DNA of 64,000 nt from Bacteroidia bacterium (GCA_030433115.1 JAUILH010000004.1:5516-69515), one strand, 5' to 3'. Positions 20,404 through 30,109 are shown, numbered from the stretch's first letter. The notes: generated by a model from the letters alone, not told the origin. Numbers and translations are program-made.

Positions 20404-22233
20404 ATGCGTGATTTTTTTAAAATACTGCGCTATACGAATAAGTACAGCAGACAAAGAATCCTGGTGATCTTCTACAATGTGCTATTCGTTATTTTTAACC
20501 TGTTATCTCTATTACTGTTTATTCCGTTTCTGAAGTTAATTTTTGTTCCGGAAGATGCAGAGGTGCCTCCCGTTCCAAACCCAGATGCTTCTTTCAAGGC
20601 ATATTGGGAAGCCAAATACAATTACGAGCTCTACGATTTCATGCAAGCAAATGGCAAAGTACAGGTGCTCGCGTACATATGTGTGACGATTCTGATTTGT
20701 TTTCTTCTTAAGAATTTATTCAGGTACCTGGCCATGTTTTATCTCGCAGACATCAGAAATGGTGTGGTCAGAGATATCAGAAATAACATCCATAAGAAGA
20801 TCGTGAATTTGGAATTGAGTTTCTTCTCAGAGGAGAAAAAAGGGGATTTAATGGCAAGAGCCATGAGTGATGTTCAGGAAATTGAAGTGTCTATTATAGG
20901 GATGTTGGAACTGCTTTTTAGAGAACCATTGGCAATTATCATCACTTTGTCCAGTTTATTCTTTATTTCTGCCAAATTCACCTTGTTTTCGCTGGTAATG
21001 CTGCCTCTGAGTGCGCTCATCATTTCAAGAATAGGAAAAAGTTTGAGAAGGAGTTCTAAACGTGCTCAGGATAAATTGGGGCAGTTAACGGCAGCTCTTG
21101 AAGAATCTTTGTCCGGAATACGAATCATCAAAGCATTTAATGCTGAGGAAATTGTCCATAACAAGTTTGAAACGATTAATGATGATCATAAAAAGGTGTT
21201 GACAAAAGCGTATAGAAAAAGAGATTTGGCGTCTCCATTGAATGAGGTAATGGGCTCATTTGTGATGATTGCTTTGGTATGGTTTGGAGGATCCATCGTT
21301 TTGAAAGGAGATAGTTTGTCGGGATCCACTTTCCTCGGCTTTATCATTGTGTTTTCTCAACTTCTTCGCCCCATTCAAGGTGTGGCTAACTCCATTTCTT
21401 TTGTAAACAAAGGTCTGGCATCCATAGAACGCATCAATAAGATCCTGGATGTAGAAAAAACGATCACAGACATTGATCAGGCAAAAGAATTTGGCAACTT
21501 GACTAGCAGTGTGGTTTATAAAAATGTCTATTTCCAATATCCCGGTAATGAAGACATGGTGCTCAAAAATGTCTCATTTACCCTCGAGAAAGGCAAGACC
21601 ATAGCGCTTGTTGGAGAATCTGGTGGAGGTAAATCAACCATCGCAGATCTCCTGCCCAGGTTTCACGATTGTACAAAAGGTCAAATAGAGTTAGACGGCA
21701 TTAATCTGAAGGATTACACTCAACAGAGCATCCGTTCTTCGATGGGGATTGTTACGCAACAGTCTATATTGTTTAATGATACAATCAAAAACAACATTGC
21801 TTTTGGGGAGACTCAAATTGACGATCAAGCCATCATTGAGGCAGCGAAAATTGCCAATGCTCACGAGTTTATTTCAGCCATGCCAAATGGATACGATACC
21901 AATATTGGTGATGCTGGAAATAAGCTGTCTGGTGGACAAAAACAAAGGTTGAGTATTGCTCGGGCAGTTCTGAAGAATCCGGACATTTTGATCTTGGATG
22001 AAGCCACCTCAGCATTGGATACGGAATCTGAAAAATTAGTGCAGGAAGCACTAATTAAGTTGATGGAGAACAGGACATCACTGGTAATCGCACACAGATT
22101 ATCTACCATCAAACATGCGGACGAAATTCTGGTACTCCAAAAAGGTGAAATTGTGGAGAGAGGTAAACATGACGAACTCTATGCCAGACAGGGTGTTTAC
22201 CGAAACCTCTGTGATTTGCAGTCTTTCAGCTAA
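20404..22233 (+). CDS. ABC exporter, fused TMD-NBD (MsbA-like)
   Basis: Six-TM domain; Walker A GESGGGKST, LSGGQKQR, ILDEATSALD, IAHRLST. Confidence 0.92.
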   Translation: MRDFFKILRYTNKYSRQRILVIFYNVLFVIFNLLSLLLFIPFLKLIFVPEDAEVPPVPNPDASFKAYWEAKYNYELYDFMQANGKVQVLAYICVTILICFLLKNLFRYLAMFYLADIRNGVVRDIRNNIHKKIVNLELSFFSEEKKGDLMARAMSDVQEIEVSIIGMLELLFREPLAIIITLSSLFFISAKFTLFSLVMLPLSALIISRIGKSLRRSSKRAQDKLGQLTAALEESLSGIRIIKAFNAEEIVHNKFETINDDHKKVLTKAYRKRDLASPLNEVMGSFVMIALVWFGGSIVLKGDSLSGSTFLGFIIVFSQLLRPIQGVANSISFVNKGLASIERINKILDVEKTITDIDQAKEFGNLTSSVVYKNVYFQYPGNEDMVLKNVSFTLEKGKTIALVGESGGGKSTIADLLPRFHDCTKGQIELDGINLKDYTQQSIRSSMGIVTQQSILFNDTIKNNIAFGETQIDDQAIIEAAKIANAHEFISAMPNGYDTNIGDAGNKLSGGQKQRLSIARAVLKNPDILILDEATSALDTESEKLVQEALIKLMENRTSLVIAHRLSTIKHADEILVLQKGEIVERGKHDELYARQGVYRNLCDLQSFS

Positions 22234-22350
22234 TGTCTTCAACAAGATAGTCTTAGCATGTCTTAGATGAACGGTTTGTGGGTCTCGACAAATTCCCGTA
22301 TTTTCGGGGACGAAACAATTAACCTTTTATTAATTACCTAAATTTTTTTT

Positions 22351-23319
22351 ATGATGAAACGTTTACTATTTGTGGCTTCCATGTTTGTTGCTGGAAGCTC
22401 TTTCGCTCAAGATTTTGAAGCGACTATCAAGCAAGCTTATCACCCAACAGTGAATACTGGTGAAAGAGTAGCTGATACTGTATTTACTTATTTAACTAGA
22501 GGAACTGCATTTTTCTCTTATGGTGCTCCAGGAGGAGGTAACGCGATTGGAAACGGTCACGCTGACCCAGGTACAGGAACAGCAGTTCAGGTTTTAGATG
22601 CTGTTGGAATGCACTATGATGGTGTAGCCAATGCCGCTGCAACTGAAATTTTAGTTTGGTTTGCTGAAGGTGTTGTAATGGGGGCTGGACCAGACAATAT
22701 CACAGGAGCTGTATATACTGTAAATACTGATAGTACTCCAAACGCAATGCTTGGGTCAGGAACCATTACTACTGCTGATGCTGATTTGGCCGGTGGATTG
22801 ACTTCAATTATGCTAACTGCACCAGCACCTTTGGCTGGTCAGGATTTTGCAGTCACTGTAGAGTGGGGTGCAGCTGATGATACTATCGGTATTGTTGGAA
22901 GCCAAGACGGTGATGGTGCCGGAGAAGAAAGAGTTTTAGGGAAATTCACTCCTGGTTTAGGTGGAGTTTGGCAGCATGGTGCGCCTTACCAAAACTTTGA
23001 TTTGGACGCCATGATATTCCCGGTTCTTGATATTGTTGCCGGACTTGAGGCTTATAGCAATGGATTGGCTATCGAGAATGTATATCCTAACCCAGCTTTA
23101 GAAACTGCTGTGATTCCTTTCAACCTTGATCAATCTGAAGTTGTTTCAGTAAGAGTGATGGATGTGACTGGAAAAGTAGTTTATACTGAGTCGTCTCAAA
23201 GAGGTTCAGGTCAGCACTTAGTTGAGTTGAATACTGGAGCACTAGAAGCCGGTAACTATTACTACACAATTAGCACAGCTAAAGCTAGCTTAACCAGCAA
23301 GTTTATTGTTACAAAGTAA
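22351..23319 (+). CDS. T9SS type A sorting domain secreted protein
   Basis: Signal peptide; C-terminal VYPNPA...VMDVTGKVV...LEAGNYYY...KFIVTK. Confidence 0.88.
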   Translation: MMKRLLFVASMFVAGSSFAQDFEATIKQAYHPTVNTGERVADTVFTYLTRGTAFFSYGAPGGGNAIGNGHADPGTGTAVQVLDAVGMHYDGVANAAATEILVWFAEGVVMGAGPDNITGAVYTVNTDSTPNAMLGSGTITTADADLAGGLTSIMLTAPAPLAGQDFAVTVEWGAADDTIGIVGSQDGDGAGEERVLGKFTPGLGGVWQHGAPYQNFDLDAMIFPVLDIVAGLEAYSNGLAIENVYPNPALETAVIPFNLDQSEVVSVRVMDVTGKVVYTESSQRGSGQHLVELNTGALEAGNYYYTISTAKASLTSKFIVTK

Positions 23320-23340
23320 TCAGTTAACGATATAAATTTA

Positions 23341-23373
23341 AAAAACCCTGATGAGTCATCATCAGGGTTTTTT
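23341..23373. terminator. Bidirectional intrinsic terminator
   Basis: aaaaaccctgatga-gtca-tcatcagggttttt between convergent genes. Confidence 0.9.
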
Positions 23374-23402
23374 ATTTTGAATACTTCCCATTATTAATCC
23401 GT

Positions 23403-24605
23403 CTAGTACAAGAAGTTGTTATAAGGGTAACGAACCTTGAAAATCTCCTTCACTTCCTCATACAACATGTCCCTGAATTCATCAAAGTTCTGTTTCTTGT
23501 AGGCAGAAATAAATACACACTTTTTATCATTTAATTGAGCCACCCACTGCTTTTTCATTTGTTCAAGTGTGTACTCTGTTTCAATCACATCTCCATCCTC
23601 ATCAATGTGCGTGCGCTCCTTGGAGTAATTGTCAATTTTATTGAATACCACAATGGTTGGTTTATCCGCCCCTTTTATATCGGCTAAGGTTTGGTTTACC
23701 ACTTCATAATGGTCTTCAAAATTGCGATGAGAAATGTCTACCACGTGCAGTAGAATATCCGATTCCCTCACTTCATCCAGAGTTGATTTAAAAGACTCAA
23801 CCAATTGATGAGGCAGTTTTCTGATGAATCCTACCGTGTCGCTTAGTAAGAAAGGTAAGTTGCCCAGTACAACCTTTCGAACTGTGGTATCCAGCGTTGC
23901 AAAAAGTTTGTTGTCAGCATATACCTCACTTTTACTCATAGCATTCATGATGGTAGATTTACCTACGTTGGTATAACCCACTAAAGCGACCCTTACAAGT
24001 TGACCTCTGTTGCCTCTTTGTTGGGCTTTTTGCTTGTCAATTTTTTCGAGCTTTTCTCTGAGTTTCGAGATTTTTTGTTGAATGATCCGCCTATCCGTTT
24101 CAATCTGCGTTTCACCCGGACCACGCATTCCAATTCCACCTTTCTGTCGTTCAAGGTGAGTCCACATTCTGGTCAATCGCGGCAGTAAATATTGATATTG
24201 GGCCAATTCAACCTGCGTGCGTGCATGGGATGTTTGAGCATGTCGTGCAAAGATGTCAAGAATCAAATTGTTTCTGTCCAAAATTTTGACTTTCAATAAG
24301 CGCTCAATATTTCTGAGTTGAGAAGGACTCAGTTCATCATCGAAAATCACGATATCAATGCACTGTTCATCCACAAAACGAATGATCTCGTCCATTTTTC
24401 CAGACCCCACAAAAGTCTTTGGATTAGGTTTGTCCAGTCTCTGAATGAACCGCTTTTTTGTGATGGCTCCGGCTGTCTTCGCTAAGAATTCAAGCTCGCT
24501 CAAGTAATCGTCTACATCTTCAGAAGTAACATCTTGCGTGATTAAACCCACCAAAACGGCAGTTTCTTCAACGTTTTTATCCGAAATTCTCTTTTTCTCA
24601 ATCAT
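23403..24605 (-). CDS. hflX: Ribosome-splitting GTPase HflX
   Basis: ILDIFARHA, GPGETQIETDRR, GYTNVGKST, FATLDTT, DTVGFI, NKID. Confidence 0.97.
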   Translation of the reverse strand: MIEKKRISDKNVEETAVLVGLITQDVTSEDVDDYLSELEFLAKTAGAITKKRFIQRLDKPNPKTFVGSGKMDEIIRFVDEQCIDIVIFDDELSPSQLRNIERLLKVKILDRNNLILDIFARHAQTSHARTQVELAQYQYLLPRLTRMWTHLERQKGGIGMRGPGETQIETDRRIIQQKISKLREKLEKIDKQKAQQRGNRGQLVRVALVGYTNVGKSTIMNAMSKSEVYADNKLFATLDTTVRKVVLGNLPFLLSDTVGFIRKLPHQLVESFKSTLDEVRESDILLHVVDISHRNFEDHYEVVNQTLADIKGADKPTIVVFNKIDNYSKERTHIDEDGDVIETEYTLEQMKKQWVAQLNDKKCVFISAYKKQNFDEFRDMLYEEVKEIFKVRYPYNNFLY

Positions 24606-24862
24606 TAATTCTCTTGAAATTTTTCAGCGTACTTTCCAACAGCTTCAATTTCCTCTTCTGTCAAATAATCAAATGGCGGCATATCTGATGTCCCATTTTT
24701 GATGAAGGACATGATTTGTTCTAAGTTGAGCATTGAATTTTGAAGATTTGCGGATTCCGCATCACCGGCATTACCTGCTTCTCCGTGACAAATAACACAT
24801 TCTCTCTTGTAAATGGTCTCTCCAAACTGCAGGTCTGTCCCTTGTGTAGTCTGTTCAACTAT
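24605..24862 (-). CDS. Second class I cytochrome c domain in the -1 frame of the upstream cytochrome c gene (no independent start)
   Basis: Not in ORF track. Manual translation gives IVEQTTQGTDLQFGETIYKRECVICHGEAGNAGDAESANLQNSMLNLEQIMSFIKNGTSDMPPFDYLTEEEIEAVGKYAEKFQEN*, with CxxCH and an axial Met; its TAA overlaps the hflX ATG. Confidence 0.85.
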   Translation of the reverse strand: MVEQTTQGTDLQFGETIYKRECVICHGEAGNAGDAESANLQNSMLNLEQIMSFIKNGTSDMPPFDYLTEEEIEAVGKYAEKFQEN

Positions 24863-25191
24863 TTTTTTGCTTTTTTTTTCAGCTCATTTCTCACATAGTC
24901 AACTACCAGTTTTACCTGGTCATCGTTCAATGCAGAAACTGGGCGCATCTCACCTCTTCCGTGTTTCACAGCATCAATCATGTCTTCTTCACTCAACAAT
25001 GAAGTTCTTAGATTTGCTGCTCCACTATTGCCTTCATCACCGTATTCTCCATGACATAAAAAGCAAGTCTTCTGATAAATGATTTCACCACTCTCTTTGC
25101 CATCCGGACCAACATATTCCTTCGGGTCTTCACATGAACTCAAGGAAACAACGCCAAATGCGACAGCTATGATGATTAATAAATGTCTCAT
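24859..25191 (-). CDS. Lipoprotein cytochrome c (class I), first domain
   Basis: Lipobox LSSC, CFLCH haem motif, GRGEMRP axial Met; ends in an A-rich KKKAKK* tract. Confidence 0.9.
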   Translation of the reverse strand: MRHLLIIIAVAFGVVSLSSCEDPKEYVGPDGKESGEIIYQKTCFLCHGEYGDEGNSGAANLRTSLLSEEDMIDAVKHGRGEMRPVSALNDDQVKLVVDYVRNELKKKAKK

Positions 25192-25195
25192 ACGA

Positions 25196-25642
25196 TTACA
25201 TATATCCGCTTACACCACTAAACTTAGACAAAAATGGCCATGGAATCATTAGCATGATAATGATAAATGCAATGCCATACCAAATCCAGATTTTTCTATG
25301 GCTTCCGGCGTCTCTTTTGCTCTGTTCAGCTCTTTTTCTTCCGATGGTAACAAGCACCACCGCAATTAACATGGCCAGCATATGTTCAATGGCAAAGAAC
25401 CTGGCTGTCGCATTGCCCATATTGTCCAGTTGTTTCATACCCAAATCTCCTCCGAAATAAAGTATAAATCCAACCAAAGCCTGAGTATGCAACAAAACCA
25501 TGGACAACAAATTGATTGTTTTGTCCTTAGCGCCATACCCGCCTTTGTTTTTCCACTTCTTAAATGCATTGACCAAAGCCAAAATAAGTGCCAGCAAAAC
25601 GAGCCATCTTAACCCTGAGTGCATGTGTTTCAAAAAATCCAT
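25196..25642 (-). CDS. Four-TM His-containing membrane protein (Bacteroidota cytochrome B-like family)
   Basis: HMHSGLRW, LLHTQ and FFAIEH in TM helices; 4 nt upstream of the cytochrome c gene. Confidence 0.7.
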   Translation of the reverse strand: MDFLKHMHSGLRWLVLLALILALVNAFKKWKNKGGYGAKDKTINLLSMVLLHTQALVGFILYFGGDLGMKQLDNMGNATARFFAIEHMLAMLIAVVLVTIGRKRAEQSKRDAGSHRKIWIWYGIAFIIIMLMIPWPFLSKFSGVSGYM

Positions 25643-25658
25643 TCTTGTAATTTGATGT

Positions 25659-25734
25659 CAAAAATAAGCAAAATGAGTCCACGATAAACCAAGTAAATTA
25701 CTTCTAGTTTATTACAACAATAATTTTATTTTTG
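25659..25734. promoter_or_regulatory. Divergent Bacteroidota housekeeping promoters (TAnnTTTG)
   Basis: TATTTTTG on minus (25666-25659) before the cytB-cytC-hflX unit and on plus (25727-25734) before the amidohydrolase. Confidence 0.65.
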
Positions 25735-25738
25735 TTAG

Positions 25739-28700
25739 ATGCGTTTAATGACGTTCATATTGTTAGCATGTATGCTCGTGCCTGGAGTGAAAACGGTGGC
25801 TCAGCCCACCTTTCCGGTAAACGGAACCGTTAACAAAAGAAGCAATCATTATATTTTCAATAACGCTTACATCCACCTCAATGAAAAGGATGTGATTTAC
25901 AAGGGGTACCTGGAAATCAAAAATGATCGAATAGTGAGTGTGGGCTCAGGAAAAGCACACAAAAAGGGGGCGGTTGAAATTGACCTGGAAGGCTTACATA
26001 TTTATCCATCATTTATCGATTTACATTCTGACTACGGCATTGCCAAATCAAAGCCTAAAGCGGCTAAACCCGGACCGCAAATCGAGAATTCTAAGCAGGG
26101 GGCATTTGCTTGGAATGAAGCCATTAAATCTGATGTGGAAGCCGCTAAAAAGTTCGTAAAAAATGAAGCGCAGGCTAAAGCCTACCGTCAATTGGGATTT
26201 GGAGCCGTACTCAGTCATCAGATGGATGGAATCTACAGAGGGACGGGTTGTGTGGTGAGCTTGTCAGATGAGAATGAGAATTTTGTGATGCTGAAACCAC
26301 AAGCATCTGCGCATTTGTCTTTTAATAAAGGCAGTAGTCGGCAATCCTATCCCTCGTCTCTCATGGGATCTATTGCCTTGTTGAGACAGACATATTTAGA
26401 TGCCGAATGGTATAAAAATCAGCAGGATAAGTTGGAAAGAAATTTGTCGCTTGAGGCTTTTTTGGCTCAACAAGACCTTCCACAGTTTTTTGATGCGGGC
26501 AATTATTTGAACGAACTCAGAGCCAATAGAGTGGGTGATGAATTTGGTAAAAACTACATCATTAAAGGCAGAGGTGATGAGTATTTGAGAATAGATGAAC
26601 TCACTAAAACAGACGCGAAATTCATTGTGCCCCTGCACTTTCCCAAACCCATCGATCCAACTGACCCAGATGAAACTATGCTCGTTACATTGAAGGAGTT
26701 AAAGCATTGGGAATTGGCACCGGGTAATCCGGCTCAGTTGGAACAAGCCAATCTCAATTTTGCCCTCACCTCATTTGGAATGACCAACAAAAAAGATTTT
26801 CTTAAAAATTTAAGGAAAGCAGTGAAACATGGTTTGTCGAAAGAAAAAGCATTGGCTGCGTTAACAACGCTTCCGGCTTCTTTTGTTGGCATGGAAGACG
26901 ATATAGGGAGCCTGAAAAAGGGGAGTTATGCCAATTTCATCATTGTGTCTGATGATATTTTCAATGATGACGCCAAGATTTATGAAAACTGGATACAGGG
27001 CAAACGGTTCGTCCAAAAAGAAATCCCGGAGTTTGATATTAGAGGAGAGTATGACCTTAAAGTGAGGAATACTATCTACAAGTTGAAGGTCACCGGAACG
27101 CCGGAAAAACCAAAGGCATCTTTCAAGTTGGATACAACCACAGTGAAGGTGAAGATCAAACAGGAAAGAAAACTAGTAGCCTTATCCTTCGATTTGAAGG
27201 ACTCCGTTGAGACTGGCTTGACACGTTTGTCAGGACAGATCCATTTCGACAGTGGTGTTTGGGATGGTACAGGGATCTACGGAGATGGGAGTCGCGGAAT
27301 CTGGCATGCGGTGAGAAGTGATCGATTCAAGCCCAAAGACAAAAAGATACAACAAGATAGCTTGCGATTAGGTAAAACCTGGTTCCCAAACCTGGCCTAT
27401 GGTTTGGATTCTTTGCCGCGCACACAGCCAATTCTGATCAAGAATGCCACTGTTTGGACCAATGAAGAAGCGGGCATTCTTAAAAACACTTCTATTCTAA
27501 TTCAAGATGGCAAAATCGTTGAAATTGGAGAAGGTATTTTAGATGCTCGAGATGCCATTATTATTGATGCAGAAGGGAAGCATGTTACCTCCGGGATCAT
27601 TGATGAACATTCACATATTGCCATTTCCGGAGGAGTGAATGAGGCAGGGGAGGCAATCGCAGCAGAAGTACGCCTGGGAGACGTTATTAATCCAGACGAC
27701 ATCAATATATACAGACAGTTAGCGGGAGGCGTAACCGTATCACAATTGCTACATGGTTCTGCCGATCCAATTGGAGGTCAGTCGGCATTGGTTAAGCTAA
27801 AATGGGGAGACGGTGCTGAGGACATGAAGTTTAAAAACGCTCCGGGTTTCATCAAATTCGCGTTGGGAGAAAATGTAAAACAATCGAATTGGGGAGATTA
27901 CAATGTAGTACGATTCCCGCAAACCAGAATGGGAGTTGAGCAGATATACTATGACGCTTTCATTAGAGCCAGAGAGTATGAAGCCTCATGGGACGCTTAT
28001 AATAAAGCCATCAATAAGAAAAGGAATAAAGAAAAACCCGTAAAACCAAGGAAGGATTTAGAGTTGGATGCGCTCCTGGAAATCCTGAAAAGTGAACGAT
28101 TCATTACCTGTCATTCCTACGTTCAAAGTGAAATTAACATGTTGATGCATGTTGCAGACTCTATGGGCTTCACCTTAAACACCTTTACGCACATTCTGGA
28201 AGGATATAAAGTGGCAGATAAAATGAAAGCCCATGGTGCTGGAGCATCTACTTTCTCTGATTGGTGGGCATATAAGTATGAAGTGAAAGATGCGATTCCT
28301 TACAATGCCGCATTACTCAATCAAATGGGAATTGTGACCGCCATTAATTCGGATGATGCCGAGATGGCAAGACGCTTAAATCAGGAGGCCGCTAAGGCTG
28401 TTAAGTATGGAAAAGCATCAGAAGAGGATGCCTGGAAAATGGTGACTCTTAACCCTGCCAAACTACTTCATATTGACGACAGAGTTGGCTCCATTAAAGT
28501 GGGTAAGGACGCTGATGTTGTTGTATGGAGCGATCATCCATTATCAATTTACACAAAGGTTGAAAAGACCATCATTGATGGAAAGATTTATTATGACAAT
28601 TCCACGGATCAACAAATGAGAAACCGAAACCGGGCGGAAAGAGAACGAATCTTAAAGAAAATGATGACCGCAATTGAAAATGGAGAAGCGGTGAGAAGCA

Positions 28701-28759
28701 GTCAATCTAAAAAGAAGCCGTCCTACAACTGCATAAAAGCCACTATGGACAATGAATAA
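25739..28759 (+). CDS. Exported double-domain amidohydrolase family protein
   Basis: Signal peptide; two amidohydrolase units (FIDLHSD and IIDEHSH), INSDDAE, VTLNPAKLL...GSIKVGKDAD. Confidence 0.9.
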   Translation: MRLMTFILLACMLVPGVKTVAQPTFPVNGTVNKRSNHYIFNNAYIHLNEKDVIYKGYLEIKNDRIVSVGSGKAHKKGAVEIDLEGLHIYPSFIDLHSDYGIAKSKPKAAKPGPQIENSKQGAFAWNEAIKSDVEAAKKFVKNEAQAKAYRQLGFGAVLSHQMDGIYRGTGCVVSLSDENENFVMLKPQASAHLSFNKGSSRQSYPSSLMGSIALLRQTYLDAEWYKNQQDKLERNLSLEAFLAQQDLPQFFDAGNYLNELRANRVGDEFGKNYIIKGRGDEYLRIDELTKTDAKFIVPLHFPKPIDPTDPDETMLVTLKELKHWELAPGNPAQLEQANLNFALTSFGMTNKKDFLKNLRKAVKHGLSKEKALAALTTLPASFVGMEDDIGSLKKGSYANFIIVSDDIFNDDAKIYENWIQGKRFVQKEIPEFDIRGEYDLKVRNTIYKLKVTGTPEKPKASFKLDTTTVKVKIKQERKLVALSFDLKDSVETGLTRLSGQIHFDSGVWDGTGIYGDGSRGIWHAVRSDRFKPKDKKIQQDSLRLGKTWFPNLAYGLDSLPRTQPILIKNATVWTNEEAGILKNTSILIQDGKIVEIGEGILDARDAIIIDAEGKHVTSGIIDEHSHIAISGGVNEAGEAIAAEVRLGDVINPDDINIYRQLAGGVTVSQLLHGSADPIGGQSALVKLKWGDGAEDMKFKNAPGFIKFALGENVKQSNWGDYNVVRFPQTRMGVEQIYYDAFIRAREYEASWDAYNKAINKKRNKEKPVKPRKDLELDALLEILKSERFITCHSYVQSEINMLMHVADSMGFTLNTFTHILEGYKVADKMKAHGAGASTFSDWWAYKYEVKDAIPYNAALLNQMGIVTAINSDDAEMARRLNQEAAKAVKYGKASEEDAWKMVTLNPAKLLHIDDRVGSIKVGKDADVVVWSDHPLSIYTKVEKTIIDGKIYYDNSTDQQMRNRNRAERERILKKMMTAIENGEAVRSSQSKKKPSYNCIKATMDNE

Positions 28760-30035
28760 CTTGCTGATAGTCATATTGATTTTGTTGTCTACACTGGGAA
28801 GCGCTCAGGATGGCAAACACATTCTTTATCTGAATGGTCACGCACATTTAGGAACTGGTAAAGCCATTGAAAAATCCGCCATTGCCGTGCAGGATGGTAA
28901 ATTTACTTTGGTGGCCAATGCCCTTCTCATCAAAATAGACAGTAGTAAGTATGATTCCATCGTTTACCTCAAAGGACAGCATATTTATCCCGGATTTATC
29001 GCGCCGAATTCGACCGTTGGTTTAACCGAAATTGATGCAGTAAGAGCCAGCAGAGATTTTATGGAAGTAGGCAACTTCAAACCCCATGTACGATCCTTAA
29101 TTGCTTACAATACCGATTCTGAGATTACCCCAACAGTGAGGTTTAATGGCATTTTATTGGGACAGATTACCCCACGTGGAGGTATAGTGGCAGGAACCTC
29201 TTCAATTGTAGCGTATGATGGCGATAATTGGGAAGAAGCTGTTGTGAAAAAAGATGATGGAGTCCATGTGAATTGGCCGAGAATGTATAAAAGATCCTGG
29301 TCATCCAGGTCCAATAACCAAAAAGATGAGAAGTATGCGGAAAAAGTGGAAACCTTAAAAACCTTCTTTAGAGAAGCGAAAAGTTACCACGAATTAAAAA
29401 ACGCAGACGAAAAAGACCTGCGTTTTGAGTCAATGAAAGCTGTGTTTGAAGGTGAGAAAACCGTATTTGTGAATGCAGACTACATCAAAGAAATAATTGA
29501 AATTGTTCATTTTAAGAAGGAATTGAAAATTGAAAAACTGGTGATTGTTGGTGGATATGATGCCTGGATGATTCCGGAAATGCTCAAAGACAATAATATC
29601 AGCATCATGCTAAGAAGATTGCACAGCCTACCTGCCAGAGAAGAGGATGATGTAGATTTACCTTACAAACTCCCTAAACTACTCGATGAAGCAGGCATTC
29701 CTTTTTGCCTTGAGAACTCAGGTGACATGGAAGCTATGGGAACCAGAAATTTACCTTTTTATGCGGGTACGGCAGTAGCGTATGGTCTCGACTATGAAAA
29801 AGCGGTAGCCTCAATTACACTTAACACCGCTAGAATATTAGGAATCGATAATCGATTGGGATCCATTGAAAAGGGGAAGGAGGCCACTTTTATCATCTCA
29901 AAAGGAGATGCACTGGACATGCGAACCAATCTTGTTGAACATGCTTTTGTTCAAGGACAAGCCATTGACTTATCCAACCGACAACTTGATTTGTACAAGA
30001 AATATATGGATAAGTACGACTTAGAGATGCGTTAG
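28752..30035 (+). CDS. Exported amidohydrolase family protein (lacks HxH)
   Basis: Signal peptide, IYPGFIAPNS and ITLNTARILG...GSIEKGKEA; overlaps upstream gene by 8 nt. Confidence 0.85.
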   Translation: MNNLLIVILILLSTLGSAQDGKHILYLNGHAHLGTGKAIEKSAIAVQDGKFTLVANALLIKIDSSKYDSIVYLKGQHIYPGFIAPNSTVGLTEIDAVRASRDFMEVGNFKPHVRSLIAYNTDSEITPTVRFNGILLGQITPRGGIVAGTSSIVAYDGDNWEEAVVKKDDGVHVNWPRMYKRSWSSRSNNQKDEKYAEKVETLKTFFREAKSYHELKNADEKDLRFESMKAVFEGEKTVFVNADYIKEIIEIVHFKKELKIEKLVIVGGYDAWMIPEMLKDNNISIMLRRLHSLPAREEDDVDLPYKLPKLLDEAGIPFCLENSGDMEAMGTRNLPFYAGTAVAYGLDYEKAVASITLNTARILGIDNRLGSIEKGKEATFIISKGDALDMRTNLVEHAFVQGQAIDLSNRQLDLYKKYMDKYDLEMR

Positions 30036-30109
30036 TCACATTGTGGTCCGAATATCATTGGATGGTTTTTCGATTAGATAAATTTGCTGTATTTTGCACT
30101 ATGCTTGCC

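Noticed and set aside
24813-25082. 89-aa plus-strand ORF over the cytochrome c junction
   Set aside because: Antisense to two clear CxxCH domains; no independent evidence.
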